From the NCBI GenBank assembly GCA_041946805.1, contig JBHGBC010000020.1, positions 1 to 54,033 of the forward strand: DNA of 54,033 bases, given 5' to 3'. This DNA is from a bacterium (lineage in GTDB: Bacteria > Hinthialibacterota > Hinthialibacteria > Hinthialibacterales > Hinthialibacteraceae). Positions 1 to 10,450 of this stretch are shown here, piece by piece. Every line of letters begins with the position of its first letter. Position 1 is the first letter of the stretch. The notes beneath the pieces are model-generated. The model saw only the letters and a program-made list of their open reading frames with translations, was not told where the DNA came from and ran no database searches. A program made the position numbers and the translations under genes.

Positions 1-126
1 TGGAGCGCCTGGATCCCACATTAGATCAGGGATCCCGCATGGCGCCGATCCGTGGGCTTTCCCAAAAAACCTCCGAAAGCATTCTGCGGTTCATTGAGCA
101 TGTGCACCCGGGCGCGCGGGTGTTTT

Positions 127-504
127 TCATTGCGGTTGGGCGGGAGAAACGGGCGAGTTCTGGCCTTCGATGATCAAATCGGGTGAGGTGGACGCATCGT
201 CGGCCGGAGGTTGGAACGCACCGGTCACCGGTTCGCCCGCGGGAGACAAGCCCCCCGGCAATGGAACCTGCGCCGGTGTTTCGGAACGGACGCCGGCGGC
301 GGGCCGCGTCATCCTGCGGGTGGCGGATTTCATGGGAACCGGCGTGGCCGCCGGCAGGGCAACCGGTGTGGCCGCCGAGGGCTCGACCGCCGTCCCCCCG
401 CGCACGGATTTGTAAGTTTGATCCGTGGGCATCAGCACGATGATTCCCATCACCAGCGCCACGACCACCACCAATGCCACGATTAAATAGGTCTGCGTTT
501 GCAT
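127..504 (-). CDS. Small membrane-anchored hypothetical protein with Pro/Ala-rich tail
   Basis: ATG at 504 gives MQTQTYLIVALVVVVALVMGIIVLM (one hydrophobic helix) followed by a low-complexity P/A/T region. Confidence 0.6.
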   Translation of the reverse strand: MQTQTYLIVALVVVVALVMGIIVLMPTDQTYKSVRGGTAVEPSAATPVALPAATPVPMKSATRRMTRPAAGVRSETPAQVPLPGGLSPAGEPVTGAFQPPADDASTSPDLIIEGQNSPVSPAQPQ

Positions 505-781
505 TCGAGATTCTCCCGCTTCTGTACGATCCAAAACGCTACCCGGGACACGTTACCGCGCTCCGGGCATAGTAAAATACTACATGGAAAGCCGCGACAT
601 AAAAGGTCCTTGGCGGATTCCACGAACTCCACCCGCGTTTTCCTCCGAGCCGGGGGACTTCCCTTCTCATTTCGCACAAGAGATCGCGCTCTGAGTTTCA
701 ATCCTCACCGCCGGGGCACGTGACACCATGCCCCGGCTTTATATAAGCCCTTCTTTTAACACGCGGGAGGGACGTAAGACT

Positions 782-837
782 GGGGCGGACACCAAGGTCC
801 GCCCCTACTCCTGCATAACGCCCCTACTCCTGCATAA
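782..837. repeat. GTAG-type REP-like hairpin followed by a 19-bp tandem duplication
   Basis: GGGGCGGAC-accaag-GTCCGCCCC-TAC (782-808); CGCCCCTACTCCTGCATAA occurs twice, at 800-818 and 819-837. Confidence 0.85.
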
Positions 838-1120
838 TATGTTTGCCTGATCGGGACTTGCGGATAATGCACCGCCCAGAGGGAGAGGAAACCGGCCGGG
901 AGGGAGAACCTCCGGGTGAGTCATCAATCAGCGGGAATCCTGGTATTCAAATACCGGTACGGCGGGAGCCTCACCCATCCTCCCCCCCGAATTTCCACCC
1001 GGAAGGGCCTGCCGGTCTTCTCATTCTCCGGTTCTTTGATATGCTAGCGCCGGGAATTGGACAACACGTTCAGAGAACGTTGGCACGCCGAACATCAGGG
1101 GATTCAATCGGCCAAAGACC

Positions 1121-4100
1121 ATGCTCTTTTCCGGGAACCGACTTGCTCTGCGGAAGCTGCGTCTGAAACGATCCACTGTTTTTGTCTTGCCCGGATTTCA
1201 TGCCGATCCGGTCTCCCGCCGGACCCAGGCGGAATACATCGAGCACAGCCTTTCCCTGGTCCGGCAATACCTGCTGGCGTGCCGGGCCGATCCGTACTAC
1301 GGCGTGTTTCTCTCGGAAATCGACTACTTGAAGCCCTACTTGGATCTCTTCCCCGAGGAAAAAGCCTGGATCACCCGGCTGGTGAAGCAAGAACGCTGCG
1401 CCACCGGCGGAACCTACAACCACCCCGATGAAACCCTCATCGGCGGCGAGGCCTTGATCCGCAATTTTCTGATCGGCTCCCACTTCCACATAAGCGCGAC
1501 CGGTTCGCGCTCGCCGGTGTACATCGCCTGGGACGTTCCCGGACACATCCCGCAGCTGCCCCAGATCTTGAGCCAATGTGGATTTGAAGCCCTGGTCTTC
1601 AGCCGGATCGATCCCACGGATCCCGGCCGTAAAATCCCCGGCGTGCCGGATCTCTTCCTCTGGCGCGCGCCCAATGGAGCAGCGGTTTACGCGCAGCGTA
1701 TTCCCTTCGAACAGAACGCGGCTGAAGTTCTGGGAGAACAAGCCCGGCGGTTCTTGGAAGCCCTGCAAGCCGATTTCCCGGCCCTCAACGCCGCCCTGTT
1801 CCTCGACTCGGGCACCATGCGCGTCCCCCGCCCCACCATCCTCGGCCGCTGCCGCGACCTCGCCAAGGACGAACCGGCCCTGGTGGTGACCGGCGACTCC
1901 GCCACGAAATATTTTTCCTGCGTCCATACTCTCATGAAAAGCGGCAAACTGGAGCTCCTGCCGGTCAGCCGCGGCCTGACCTCTTGCAACGCGGCGGCCG
2001 CCTTGACCCGCATGGACCTCAAAATCGCCAACCGGCTACTGGAAAACGCCCTGTTTGAAGCCGAGGTCTGGGGCGCCGCGGCCTTGCTGCACGGCATCCC
2101 TTATCCCTCCCCGGCTTTGGACTATGCCTGGCGGCAACTGCTCTTTTGCCAGCATCACGAAGGCATCTCCGGCCAGTGTACTGACATCGTTTTCGCCGAC
2201 TTGTTGGACACACTGCGGGAAGCCTTGGACACCGCCATACAGGAACGCCAATCCTTATTGACCAAAATCGCACGGTTGGCCGCCACCCAGCCGGAACCAG
2301 ACGAAGAACAGGTTCTTTTGTTCAACAGCCTGCCCTGGATGCGGGAGGGAATCGTCCGCCAGTGGATTGACATTCACGGGCCGTTGGAAAACCGGATCTT
2401 GACCGACGATTTCGGCAAGCCGGTTCAGTTCGAGATCGAACAGGTGACGGAGGCCGCCGGGGACGCGCCCGCCCAGGCCCTGGCCGTTTGGGTTGAATCC
2501 GATCTGCCTCCCACCGGATACATCAAGAAAAAATTCACGCCCCGCGTGGAAATCCACGCTCCGTTTCTCCAGGAATCCCAAAGCCAGACCTGGATCGAAA
2601 ACGACTTCCTCCGCCTCGAGATCGATCCGGAGCGGGGAGGCGGCATCGTCAGCCTGGTGGACAAGGAAAGCGGCAAGGAATTTATCAACACCCGCCATCC
2701 GCTGCCCGCCAATTCCATCGTCGCCCTGGCCCAGAAAGAAGATGTCGATCCCGCCCTCGTATCCCCGCGGATCCCGGATGATTGGTGGGATTCCGGCCGC
2801 GTTCCCGCCGCCATCAAATACTTGGAAGGCCCGGTGACCCGGCGGCTGCTGATCCGCCGAAACGGTCCAGGACCCTGCAACGTGATCCAGGAATTGCGGA
2901 TCTACCGCGAACTGCCTTATATCGACTGTTATACCATTCTGGAGGACTATCCCGGGAACGGGAATGAAGCGGGGGAAAGTGGCGGGGAGAATCCCCAGTC
3001 TGGGGAATTCGTCCGGCGGGACCTGTTTCTGGCGGCGTTTCCGCTTGATTTGCCGGGTTCGCTGCCGGTCCTGGAGGACCGCTTCTACGCGCGCGTCAGC
3101 CGCCGCGGCTTGGGCGGCTTGGAGTCGCGGAAGGATTCTCCTGCTCCGGCCTATCAACCAGCTTGGAGCTCCTGCTACCGGTGGGTGGATGTTTCCTGGG
3201 CGCTGCTCGTCCGTTTCATGAACGGCAAGGAGGAGGTTTCCACTCTGGCCGTGGGCCCCGCCGAGGCCGTCACCAACCGCGGCTGCCATTCCACGATCCA
3301 TCACAAGTTGATGATGCACTTGGCCCGCCACGGCGTCCCTTGCGCGCCCCGTTTCGACACGGACGAAACGGGCGCGGATCCGTTTCATCATGTCTGTTCG
3401 TTCACCCTGGGAACCGTGGAAGAAAACGCCTTCACTAACCGGGTGCTCGAACGCAACCCCGAAGCCAAGGATTATTACGAGCGGAATCTGAAGGAATTCG
3501 GCTACGTCTTTCTCGCCGCACCCGATGACCCCAAGACTCCCACTCGCAGCCGTCCGGTTTTCATTTTCGCCGGGAAAACCGAGGCACTCCTCGCCCAGGC
3601 CGTGGACGACATGATACAAGCCACCATCACCCACCGCTGGGAATGCCCCGTCACGGCCTGCTTTCTGGGGGAACGGGAGAGGGTGGAAGATTTCGGATTC
3701 GCCCTGCTCAACCGCGGGACCACCCTCTGCGGCCTGGAAGACGACGGCGCGTTGGTCATGGCGTTGATGCATACCGCACCTTATCCCTCTCCCCAAACGC
3801 CCTGGCCGTTCGATTTCGCCGAACAGAAAACGCACCTATTCCAATACCGCCTTATTCCCCATGCGGGCGAGTGGCGTCACGCCGATATCCCCCGCCGGGC
3901 GATGGAATACAACCATGAGCCGTACGCGCTGTCCGCCCCGGCGGGCGAAGGCTCCCTGCGTTCCCGGGCTTCTTTCTTTTCCATCGAACCAAACAATATC
4001 CTCGTCTCCTGCATCAAGCCGGCCGGCTTCCCCGAGGCCGAATACCGGACCCCCCAGTGGAAAAAAATCCCCGTGATCATCCGCGTTCATGAAATGCACG

Positions 4101-5110
4101 GCGAGGAATCCAACATCTGGCTCGAAGCGTCCAAGGCCGTCAAATCCGTACGGGCGGTGCAAATCGACGAGAAACCCCTGGTCAAAAAACGCGAAGTTTT
4201 CCGCGAGGACCAATTCATCCGCGCCGCCGCCCACGCCAATGAAATCCTCACGCTGCAACTGGACATCCAGGGCGACAAGGAGGTTCTGCCCGCCGCCCTT
4301 CCCGCGGCCGGCGCATCCGCTCCTCTTCTGTACTCCGCCCGCTATTGGCGGCAGAACGCGGGATCGGCCCCCCCGGGATTTCTGCCCGTCTCCCTCTCCC
4401 TGCGGGGCAAAATCGAACTCACTTCCTACAACCGCGAGGCCGCCGTCCACCACCTGGACCTGGTGTTGGCCAACCACTCGTCCCAGGAAAGCCACAAGGG
4501 AGAAGTGGAAATTTTGACTCCCCCCTACTGGCGCGTCATTCCCTCCCGGGTATCCTATATGGTGGAGGCCGATTCGTTTCAGATCATTCCTCTCCATATC
4601 CTGTTCGATGGACCCGAACGGGAAGGATTCATCAAGGCCCGGCTCAGAGAGGGGGGAATCCTCCTCGAAGACCTGGCGCCCATCGGCGGCAGTCCCGATT
4701 TCGACCTGGCGATGACGTTGCGCAGCGATTCGTTCAACATTAAACTCCGCCATGATTGTCCCTATGCCGTCCCCGGTTCGATCCGCCTGATCACGCCGGT
4801 GGAAGCCTGGCCGGAACCGGCGGCGGGCGAATTCTCACTAACCTCCTTTTCCCCCCGGCAACGGGATTTTCACGTGGAGCCGGGTGGGGAGACGGTGTTG
4901 TCATTCGCATTGCACGAACCGCCGAACCGCTTCGGGGCGGCCACCGACCATCATTGGATGATCGTCAAGATGGAATCGCATCACACACTGCGGTATTTTC
5001 ACCTGCGGATGGACGGGCGGAAATCGGAAGGCCTGGGGCGGATCATCATCCCGCCCTACGCTCCCTTCTCCGGCGCTCCCGGCGAAGACGGGAACCCAAC
5101 GGAGGAATGA
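1121..5110 (+). CDS. Glycoside hydrolase family 38 (alpha-mannosidase-like) multidomain protein, divergent
   Basis: 1329 aa; FHADPV, PDETLIGGEALIRN, WDVPGH, QHHEGISG and LFNSLPWMR match GH38 N-terminal, middle and C-terminal patterns. Confidence 0.8.
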   Translation: MLFSGNRLALRKLRLKRSTVFVLPGFHADPVSRRTQAEYIEHSLSLVRQYLLACRADPYYGVFLSEIDYLKPYLDLFPEEKAWITRLVKQERCATGGTYNHPDETLIGGEALIRNFLIGSHFHISATGSRSPVYIAWDVPGHIPQLPQILSQCGFEALVFSRIDPTDPGRKIPGVPDLFLWRAPNGAAVYAQRIPFEQNAAEVLGEQARRFLEALQADFPALNAALFLDSGTMRVPRPTILGRCRDLAKDEPALVVTGDSATKYFSCVHTLMKSGKLELLPVSRGLTSCNAAAALTRMDLKIANRLLENALFEAEVWGAAALLHGIPYPSPALDYAWRQLLFCQHHEGISGQCTDIVFADLLDTLREALDTAIQERQSLLTKIARLAATQPEPDEEQVLLFNSLPWMREGIVRQWIDIHGPLENRILTDDFGKPVQFEIEQVTEAAGDAPAQALAVWVESDLPPTGYIKKKFTPRVEIHAPFLQESQSQTWIENDFLRLEIDPERGGGIVSLVDKESGKEFINTRHPLPANSIVALAQKEDVDPALVSPRIPDDWWDSGRVPAAIKYLEGPVTRRLLIRRNGPGPCNVIQELRIYRELPYIDCYTILEDYPGNGNEAGESGGENPQSGEFVRRDLFLAAFPLDLPGSLPVLEDRFYARVSRRGLGGLESRKDSPAPAYQPAWSSCYRWVDVSWALLVRFMNGKEEVSTLAVGPAEAVTNRGCHSTIHHKLMMHLARHGVPCAPRFDTDETGADPFHHVCSFTLGTVEENAFTNRVLERNPEAKDYYERNLKEFGYVFLAAPDDPKTPTRSRPVFIFAGKTEALLAQAVDDMIQATITHRWECPVTACFLGERERVEDFGFALLNRGTTLCGLEDDGALVMALMHTAPYPSPQTPWPFDFAEQKTHLFQYRLIPHAGEWRHADIPRRAMEYNHEPYALSAPAGEGSLRSRASFFSIEPNNILVSCIKPAGFPEAEYRTPQWKKIPVIIRVHEMHGEESNIWLEASKAVKSVRAVQIDEKPLVKKREVFREDQFIRAAAHANEILTLQLDIQGDKEVLPAALPAAGASAPLLYSARYWRQNAGSAPPGFLPVSLSLRGKIELTSYNREAAVHHLDLVLANHSSQESHKGEVEILTPPYWRVIPSRVSYMVEADSFQIIPLHILFDGPEREGFIKARLREGGILLEDLAPIGGSPDFDLAMTLRSDSFNIKLRHDCPYAVPGSIRLITPVEAWPEPAAGEFSLTSFSPRQRDFHVEPGGETVLSFALHEPPNRFGAATDHHWMIVKMESHHTLRYFHLRMDGRKSEGLGRIIIPPYAPFSGAPGEDGNPTEE

Positions 5111-6432
5111 TACCCATTCCCCCTTTCGGATACGCGACTATGGTATCACGGCGTTTTCACCGCCCGGCGGGCCGGCCGGGCGACTGGATTGGATGGCTGG
5201 GAATTGGACTGGCCGGGATCGGGCTGGCCGCCCTCATCCCCCTGGCGGGAGCGGCCCGGGAATTGTCCGGCCTGTTCAACAATCAGACCATCCGGCTCCG
5301 CACCGAATTGCTGGAAGGCGGCGAATACGTGCGGGATACCGGCCTGGTGATTCATTTCAAGGGGCGGTGGCAATATGATGCTCTTTCCGGCACGTTGACC
5401 ATCGTCCGGCCGGACGGCGTCCGCGTCGGTCTCAAGGCCGGCGATCCCCGCGTCATCGTGGGCGAACGGGTCCTGCACACCGGCGCGCCTTCCCTCCGCC
5501 TGGACCATCACTTGTTCATCCCCTTCCAGGTCGTGGTCCCGCATCTATTTCCCCAGGTCCAATTCGTGGAACAGAGCGTCGAAGAAACGGTTGTGTCCGC
5601 CAGCGAGGAAACCCCCACGGCCACGCCGGTTTTCAATTACTCGCCGGAGACTTCAGCCACCCCCCAAGGCCTTATTCCCACACCGATTCTCTTCCAACCC
5701 GGCTTGCTGCCCACGCCAACACCCCAGGCGGAAGCAGGGATACCCGCCCTGGGAATCGCGCCCAAGGCGGTGATAGTCATCGACCCGGGAGAAGGCCGTT
5801 CGGAGGGGATCCTGCCCACCCAGATCCGGGAATCGGACATCACCCTGGCGGTGGCCCAAAAACTGGCCGCCATCCTGAAAAAGTCGGGGAATAATGAAGT
5901 GATCCTGACGCGCGACTCCAAGTCGGCCTCCTTGCGGTCCGATCAACGGACGGAAACCGCCAACGAAAAAAAGGCTCAGATCTTCATCAGCCTGCAATGC
6001 GGGAAGTTATTTTCCCCCACGGTCTCGCGGGCGGCGGTGTATTTCATGAATCCGGCGCTGGATTCTCCGTCCACTCCGGCCGCCGTGTCCACCGCCGCGG
6101 GAGAGGCGCCCCGGTGGGACACCGCCTACCTCGGACAGGTCCCCGAAAGCCTGCGGCTCGCCCGCGAAATCCACCAACGGCTGGACGCGTTCTACAAAAA
6201 CGCCAATATCATCAAAATGGATTCCAATCCCCGTCCCGGCCGCCTGGCGGTCCTCCGCGGCCTCACCATGCCCGGCGTGGTCATTGAACTGGGAAATCTG
6301 GCCCATGACCTGACCGCCCAATACCTGGCGCGGGAGCGGGTGCAAACCGAGATCGCCGACGAACTGTCCATGGCCATCACCAAATTCATCTACGAACGGG
6401 CGGGGATGTCCGCCGTCCCAGCGGTCCACTAA
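5107..6432 (+). CDS. N-acetylmuramoyl-L-alanine amidase (Amidase_3)-like protein with N-terminal membrane anchor; Zn ligands altered
   Basis: ATGA overlap with the upstream stop; VIVIDPG, E-x-x-I-T-L, VILTR, R-x-x-x-AN, FISL, LAVLRGLTMPGVVIELG are Amidase_3 landmarks; GerMN gene follows. Confidence 0.8.
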   Translation: MIPIPPFGYATMVSRRFHRPAGRPGDWIGWLGIGLAGIGLAALIPLAGAARELSGLFNNQTIRLRTELLEGGEYVRDTGLVIHFKGRWQYDALSGTLTIVRPDGVRVGLKAGDPRVIVGERVLHTGAPSLRLDHHLFIPFQVVVPHLFPQVQFVEQSVEETVVSASEETPTATPVFNYSPETSATPQGLIPTPILFQPGLLPTPTPQAEAGIPALGIAPKAVIVIDPGEGRSEGILPTQIRESDITLAVAQKLAAILKKSGNNEVILTRDSKSASLRSDQRTETANEKKAQIFISLQCGKLFSPTVSRAAVYFMNPALDSPSTPAAVSTAAGEAPRWDTAYLGQVPESLRLAREIHQRLDAFYKNANIIKMDSNPRPGRLAVLRGLTMPGVVIELGNLAHDLTAQYLARERVQTEIADELSMAITKFIYERAGMSAVPAVH

Positions 6433-7031
6433 TGGATTCCCGAACGAACCTGATCATCGCCCTTTCCGTGTTGCTCGCGGCCTCCCTGGCCACCGCCGGC
6501 TTCCTCTATTGGCAGCTCGAATCTCAGAGCGATCCGATTCCCATCCCCCCCGAGGTCATCGAGAACGAAAAAGCCGCTCCCGCCTTCACCAACGGGATCA
6601 CCATCGACCTCTACTTTCTGACGATGGACCATACCCAATTCGCCGTCGAAAAGCGCCTGATCCTGGAACCCAGCTCGATCACCGGCCGGATCCGCCAGGC
6701 CATGGAGGAATTATTGCGGGGGACGCTCTCCAAGAACCTGATCGCCCCCATCCCCGAGCAAACCAAATTGCAGAGCGTCTTCTTCAATGAAATGGACGGC
6801 CGGGCCTACATCAGTTTCTCCAAGGAACTGATCGCCAACAATCCCGGCCATGCTCTGAGCGAATGGGCGGCGATCTACAGCATCGTCAACACTGCCGCGG
6901 CGCAGTCGGCCGCCGTCAAGGAAGTGCAGATTCTCGTGGACGGTGAGATCATCAACTCCGACAACACCCTCTGGGACTGGTCCCTCCCCTTCCAACCCGA
7001 TCCCACCTTTGTGCGGTACGCCGAGAAATAG
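6432..7031 (+). CDS. GerMN domain protein
   Basis: N-terminal TM helix; LYF..., EELLRG, AYISFS, IYSIVNT, VKEVQILVDG are typical of GerMN; common partner of amidase genes. Confidence 0.85.
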   Translation: MDSRTNLIIALSVLLAASLATAGFLYWQLESQSDPIPIPPEVIENEKAAPAFTNGITIDLYFLTMDHTQFAVEKRLILEPSSITGRIRQAMEELLRGTLSKNLIAPIPEQTKLQSVFFNEMDGRAYISFSKELIANNPGHALSEWAAIYSIVNTAAAQSAAVKEVQILVDGEIINSDNTLWDWSLPFQPDPTFVRYAEK

Positions 7032-7317
7032 GGGGAACCGCCACAGCGTTTCTCCGATATACCTTGTGATTTGGTGATATACCAAGTGATTTTTGAAAAG
7101 TGTCTGATTTAATAACCGATAACCTATCCCTTCTCCCTCAGGAAGCCGAGCTTGACTCAGAAATCCAAATCATGCCAGCGAATATCATCCCCGCAGAAGA
7201 GCCATGCGAATAGCCATGGGCGGCCGCCTACGGTTTCGTGAGGGAAAAAATCCAATCCGGCCAGGGTTGAACGCAACATTATTCAAGTCCTTTGGGGTTG
7301 TTCATCAATTGTACGCT

Positions 7318-7424
7318 GCCGGGGATTGTCACCCCCGGCTATTCACTTTCAATCCCTTCGGGATTGGAGGCAGGCGTGACGCCTGCACTACAATCACCTG
7401 GATCCCCGCTTTTGCGGGGATGAC
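7318..7424. repeat. Cluster of REP-like palindromes
   Basis: GCCGGGG..CCCCGGC; GCAGGCGTGACGCCTGC-ACTAC; CTGGATCCCCGC-TTTT-GCGGGGATGAC (a related copy lies at ~37197-37221). Confidence 0.7.
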
Positions 7425-7435
7425 ATCATTCAATG

Positions 7436-7646
7436 GGCTCATCGGGCAAGTGCGTTCTTTTTTATTCGGACGCCCGATCGGCCTCTCCATCGAATGGATC
7501 GATAAGAACCACCCCAAAATTCCCTCTCCCTCTGGGAGAGGGTTGGGGTGAGGAAATTTTGTAGAGGCGGACCTTGGTGTCCGCCCGAATCATAAAATAA
7601 ATGGAATAACCTAATCTCCTTTATCTACGCACTTCCCGGAAGATCC
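7436..7646. mobile_element. MITE copy 1 (~211 bp), opposite orientation to the copy at 43915
   Basis: Ends GGCTCATCGGGCAAGTGCGT ... ACGCACTTCCCGGAAGATCC; internal CCCTCTCCC/GGGAGAGGG and GGCGGACC/GTCCGCCC hairpins shared with 43915-44124. Confidence 0.75.
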
Positions 7647-7829
7647 TAAAAATGACTCTTGGGTAAAGATCCGCTTCATGGGAGAGGGGGACGGGGGGTG
7701 AGGGCAGCCCTGGCGGAGGGGGCGGTGCTCTCCTGGAACTTGTTGTTTAGCGCAATTCGAGTAAGTATAGGGCGCCAGTATAGCCAATTTTCATGTCAAA
7801 CGCGGATTAACCGCGCCTTGAACCGGTCC

Positions 7830-8609
7830 ATGAACAAGCAACGCCCCCGTATTCTGGTTACCAATGACGACGGCATCCACTCCCCGGGTTTGACCGTCCT
7901 GGCCGCGGCCATGCGGGAAGTGGGTGACGTGTGCATCATCGCGCCCGACCGCGAACGGAGCGCGGTTTCGCATTCATTCACCATCAATCATCCAATCCGG
8001 GCGCAAATCCTGGGACACGAAGTGTATATCATTGATGGAACCCCCGCGGACTGCGTGATGTTCGGCACCCGCGGCTTTTTGGATTATTCCCTGGACCTGG
8101 TGGCTTCCGGCATCAACCGGGGTCCCAATCTAGGGATTGACACGGTCTATTCCGGCACCGTGGCGGCGGCGCACGAGGGGCATTTGTGCAATGTGCCCTC
8201 GTTTGCCATCTCCATGGATGTTCCCCGGGATGGAGTCACGTATCATTTCGAAACCGGAGCCCGTTTCGCGAAAATCCTGGCCCAGGCCATTCTCGAACGC
8301 AGCATGCCCGACGGCGCGTTTCTGAACGTCAATGTGCCCAACATTCCGTGGGAGCAGCTCCAAGGGGTGTCGATTACCCGGTTGGGGCAGAGGATTTACC
8401 GGGACAAGATCGTCCGCCGGGTCGATCCCCAGGGCAAGGAATACTTCTGGATCGGCGGCGAGGCCCCCACCTGGGTGAAGTCGGAAGGGACCGATTTTCA
8501 TGCCCTCGAGCAGGATAAAGTTTCCGTGACCCCCTTGGGGCAGGATTTCACCCAGTTTCACGCCATCCCCGAACTGGACCGCTGGAACCTGGGTTTGAAT
8601 CGCGATTGA
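7830..8609 (+). CDS. surE: 5'/3'-nucleotidase SurE
   Basis: ILVTNDDGI, APDRERSAVSHS, GTPADCV, SGINRGPNLG, YSGTVAAA. Confidence 0.97.
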   Translation: MNKQRPRILVTNDDGIHSPGLTVLAAAMREVGDVCIIAPDRERSAVSHSFTINHPIRAQILGHEVYIIDGTPADCVMFGTRGFLDYSLDLVASGINRGPNLGIDTVYSGTVAAAHEGHLCNVPSFAISMDVPRDGVTYHFETGARFAKILAQAILERSMPDGAFLNVNVPNIPWEQLQGVSITRLGQRIYRDKIVRRVDPQGKEYFWIGGEAPTWVKSEGTDFHALEQDKVSVTPLGQDFTQFHAIPELDRWNLGLNRD

Positions 8610-8687
8610 GTTTTTGTTCGATAAGTTGATGGGCTGCACCGTGCCAAGAGCCTGCCGTGCGGATTACGACGGCATACCGGGAATTCG

Positions 8688-10214
8688 ATGGCGGCTAATC
8701 CTTCTCTGTCTGTATTAATATGGAGCGCCCTGGCGGACAGCGCCGATTTTTTCATTATTCTATTGGCCGTCGCCGGGGGCATGTTCTGGATCCCCAGCCG
8801 GATCATGCGGCCGCTTCCGCCTCTGCTCTTGTCAACGGTTCTGACCTGCGGTCTTTTTCTGGTGATACCGGCAAGCGTTCCCTTCGCGGGCGCTCCGCTG
8901 TTCATTCTCCTTTGGGCGGTGACCTTACCCTTTGTATTCTTCCCGGTTATCCACCCCCGGTTCATCCGGGTAGAAATCCGCAAAGCCACAGGCCGCAGTC
9001 CCTTTTTCGGCCGGAGCATGGATGGGATCATTCTGATCACGTTCGGGATCTCGGTTTGGATGCTGATGCGGGCTCCGCTGGCCGGACAACCCTTGCCATG
9101 GGAACCGGTTTTGACCGGGAATATCATCCTGATCGCTTTCTACCTGATTTATCAAATCGCCCCCTGGCAATTTTTGCCGCTTCGAACTCCCAAAGATATT
9201 GGGAAAGTTTTGTTGTATATATCCGCCGGTTGTTTGGTTTTACGCTTGTCTTTCTGGTCCTACGCGCTGTTCAACGCGGCAGTGAAGGAAAGGCCGGGTA
9301 GTTTCCGGGTCAAGGGAATCGTTTATGCCACCGAAATGACACAGGGCTGGCGCTTTCCCCGCCTGCGGATTTTGATCGACCGCTATTGGTATTACCCGGT
9401 ATCCCCCGGCCGCATGGCCAATCCCTATCCCGTGGTCCGCGATCCGGTGTTGCTCGGTGAGGGAATCCAAAAATGTGAAGCGTTCCGCCGGAGCCTGCTA
9501 GCGGCGGAAAATGGGGAAAAAACCGCAGCCGAATTGATCATCGACTCCCTTTTATCCTTCCAACAACTTGCGGAACCCCGGCTCGAAGGCCATGTTTCCC
9601 TCTCCGCGTTCCGGTTGGAGCGGGACGCTTTGTTGAGCCAGTTATCGGGCATCGATGCTTTTCTGCGCGGAGAAGAACTGTTCAACGCGTTTGCGGGTTA
9701 TTGGCATGGCGAATGGGACGGCCGGCCCGTAGCTCACTATTGGAAAATGGTGGAACATTTCGATCCCCCCCTGGAGGCGCCCGGGGCCTATCCGGCCCGG
9801 ATGCTGGCCCGCCAGTACTGCTGGATCGGAGACGGCTTCGGCTGGAACATATTGGCAACCATTCCCGGCGCTGAGGACGAAAATGGCAATCCGGCGCCAA
9901 TGAACGTGATTCTGGGGATTGTCTATCATGTCCAAGACCAAAATCCGGCGGAAATCACCCAATTCCGGCCGCATGTGGGGCTTTATGCCGATCCGGGCAA
10001 ACTCATTTGGATTACCGGCGAGGAAGTGTTCCTGGAAGAAGTGAAGCGGGACCGGCCCCATGGCGAGGAGCGGTACACCATCACGGGATACCGCTATGCG
10101 ATTGAAAATAAACAGATTACGAATAAAGGACCGGGATTTCAGGCGGTTTATAGCCGAAATCCGGAAGACCAGCACTCATTTTTCACTTTCGATATTCCGC
10201 TTCAAGTCCAATAA
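8688..10214 (+). CDS. Hypothetical membrane protein (multi-TM N-terminal half, soluble C-terminal half)
   Basis: 508-aa ORF with several hydrophobic segments in the first ~200 aa; no family recognised. Confidence 0.7.
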   Translation: MAANPSLSVLIWSALADSADFFIILLAVAGGMFWIPSRIMRPLPPLLLSTVLTCGLFLVIPASVPFAGAPLFILLWAVTLPFVFFPVIHPRFIRVEIRKATGRSPFFGRSMDGIILITFGISVWMLMRAPLAGQPLPWEPVLTGNIILIAFYLIYQIAPWQFLPLRTPKDIGKVLLYISAGCLVLRLSFWSYALFNAAVKERPGSFRVKGIVYATEMTQGWRFPRLRILIDRYWYYPVSPGRMANPYPVVRDPVLLGEGIQKCEAFRRSLLAAENGEKTAAELIIDSLLSFQQLAEPRLEGHVSLSAFRLERDALLSQLSGIDAFLRGEELFNAFAGYWHGEWDGRPVAHYWKMVEHFDPPLEAPGAYPARMLARQYCWIGDGFGWNILATIPGAEDENGNPAPMNVILGIVYHVQDQNPAEITQFRPHVGLYADPGKLIWITGEEVFLEEVKRDRPHGEERYTITGYRYAIENKQITNKGPGFQAVYSRNPEDQHSFFTFDIPLQVQ

Positions 10215-10226
10215 ATCCAGGTTGAA

Positions 10227-10272
10227 TGACTATCTTGTCAGCCGATTCCCGCGGGATTGACAAAAATGTCAA
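10227..10272. promoter_or_regulatory. Tandem TGAC-N6-GTCA palindromes, putative enhancer (UAS) for a sigma54 activator
   Basis: TGAC-TATCTT-GTCA (10227-10240) and TTGACA-AAAA-TGTCAA (10257-10272), centres 31 bp apart, ~155-200 bp upstream of a -24/-12 element; the second also reads as TTGACA-17-TATGGT. Confidence 0.65.
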
Positions 10273-10424
10273 AAAATCGTATGGTTTTAAGGGAGGATCA
10301 AAGGATCATGATTCGGCCAGGGAAAGGGCGGCGAAGAAATATATTTTCATAACCCATTCAATAATATTAACTTAAAATATAGGATATTCTATATTGCATT
10401 ATTTTCTCACTGGTATTGCCATGT

Positions 10425-10439
10425 TGGCATTCAACTTGC
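10425..10439 (+). promoter_or_regulatory. Sigma54 (RpoN) -24/-12 promoter
   Basis: TGGCATTCAACTTGC = GG-N10-GC with TGGC and TTGC cores, preceded by an AT-rich tract (~10337-10410). Confidence 0.8.
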
Positions 10440-10450
10440 GTAAAATAAAT

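Noticed and set aside
7204..7551. ORFs containing VIPAKAGIQ, PSPSGRGLG or LTLALSQRERE (also ~25284, ~40870-41464 and ~43833)
   Set aside because: These are translations of REP/MITE palindromes, not genes
10257..10272. FNR box, attractive given the nearby globin sensor
   Set aside because: The FNR consensus is TTGAT-N4-ATCAA (14 bp); this site is TTGAC-N6-GTCAA (16 bp)
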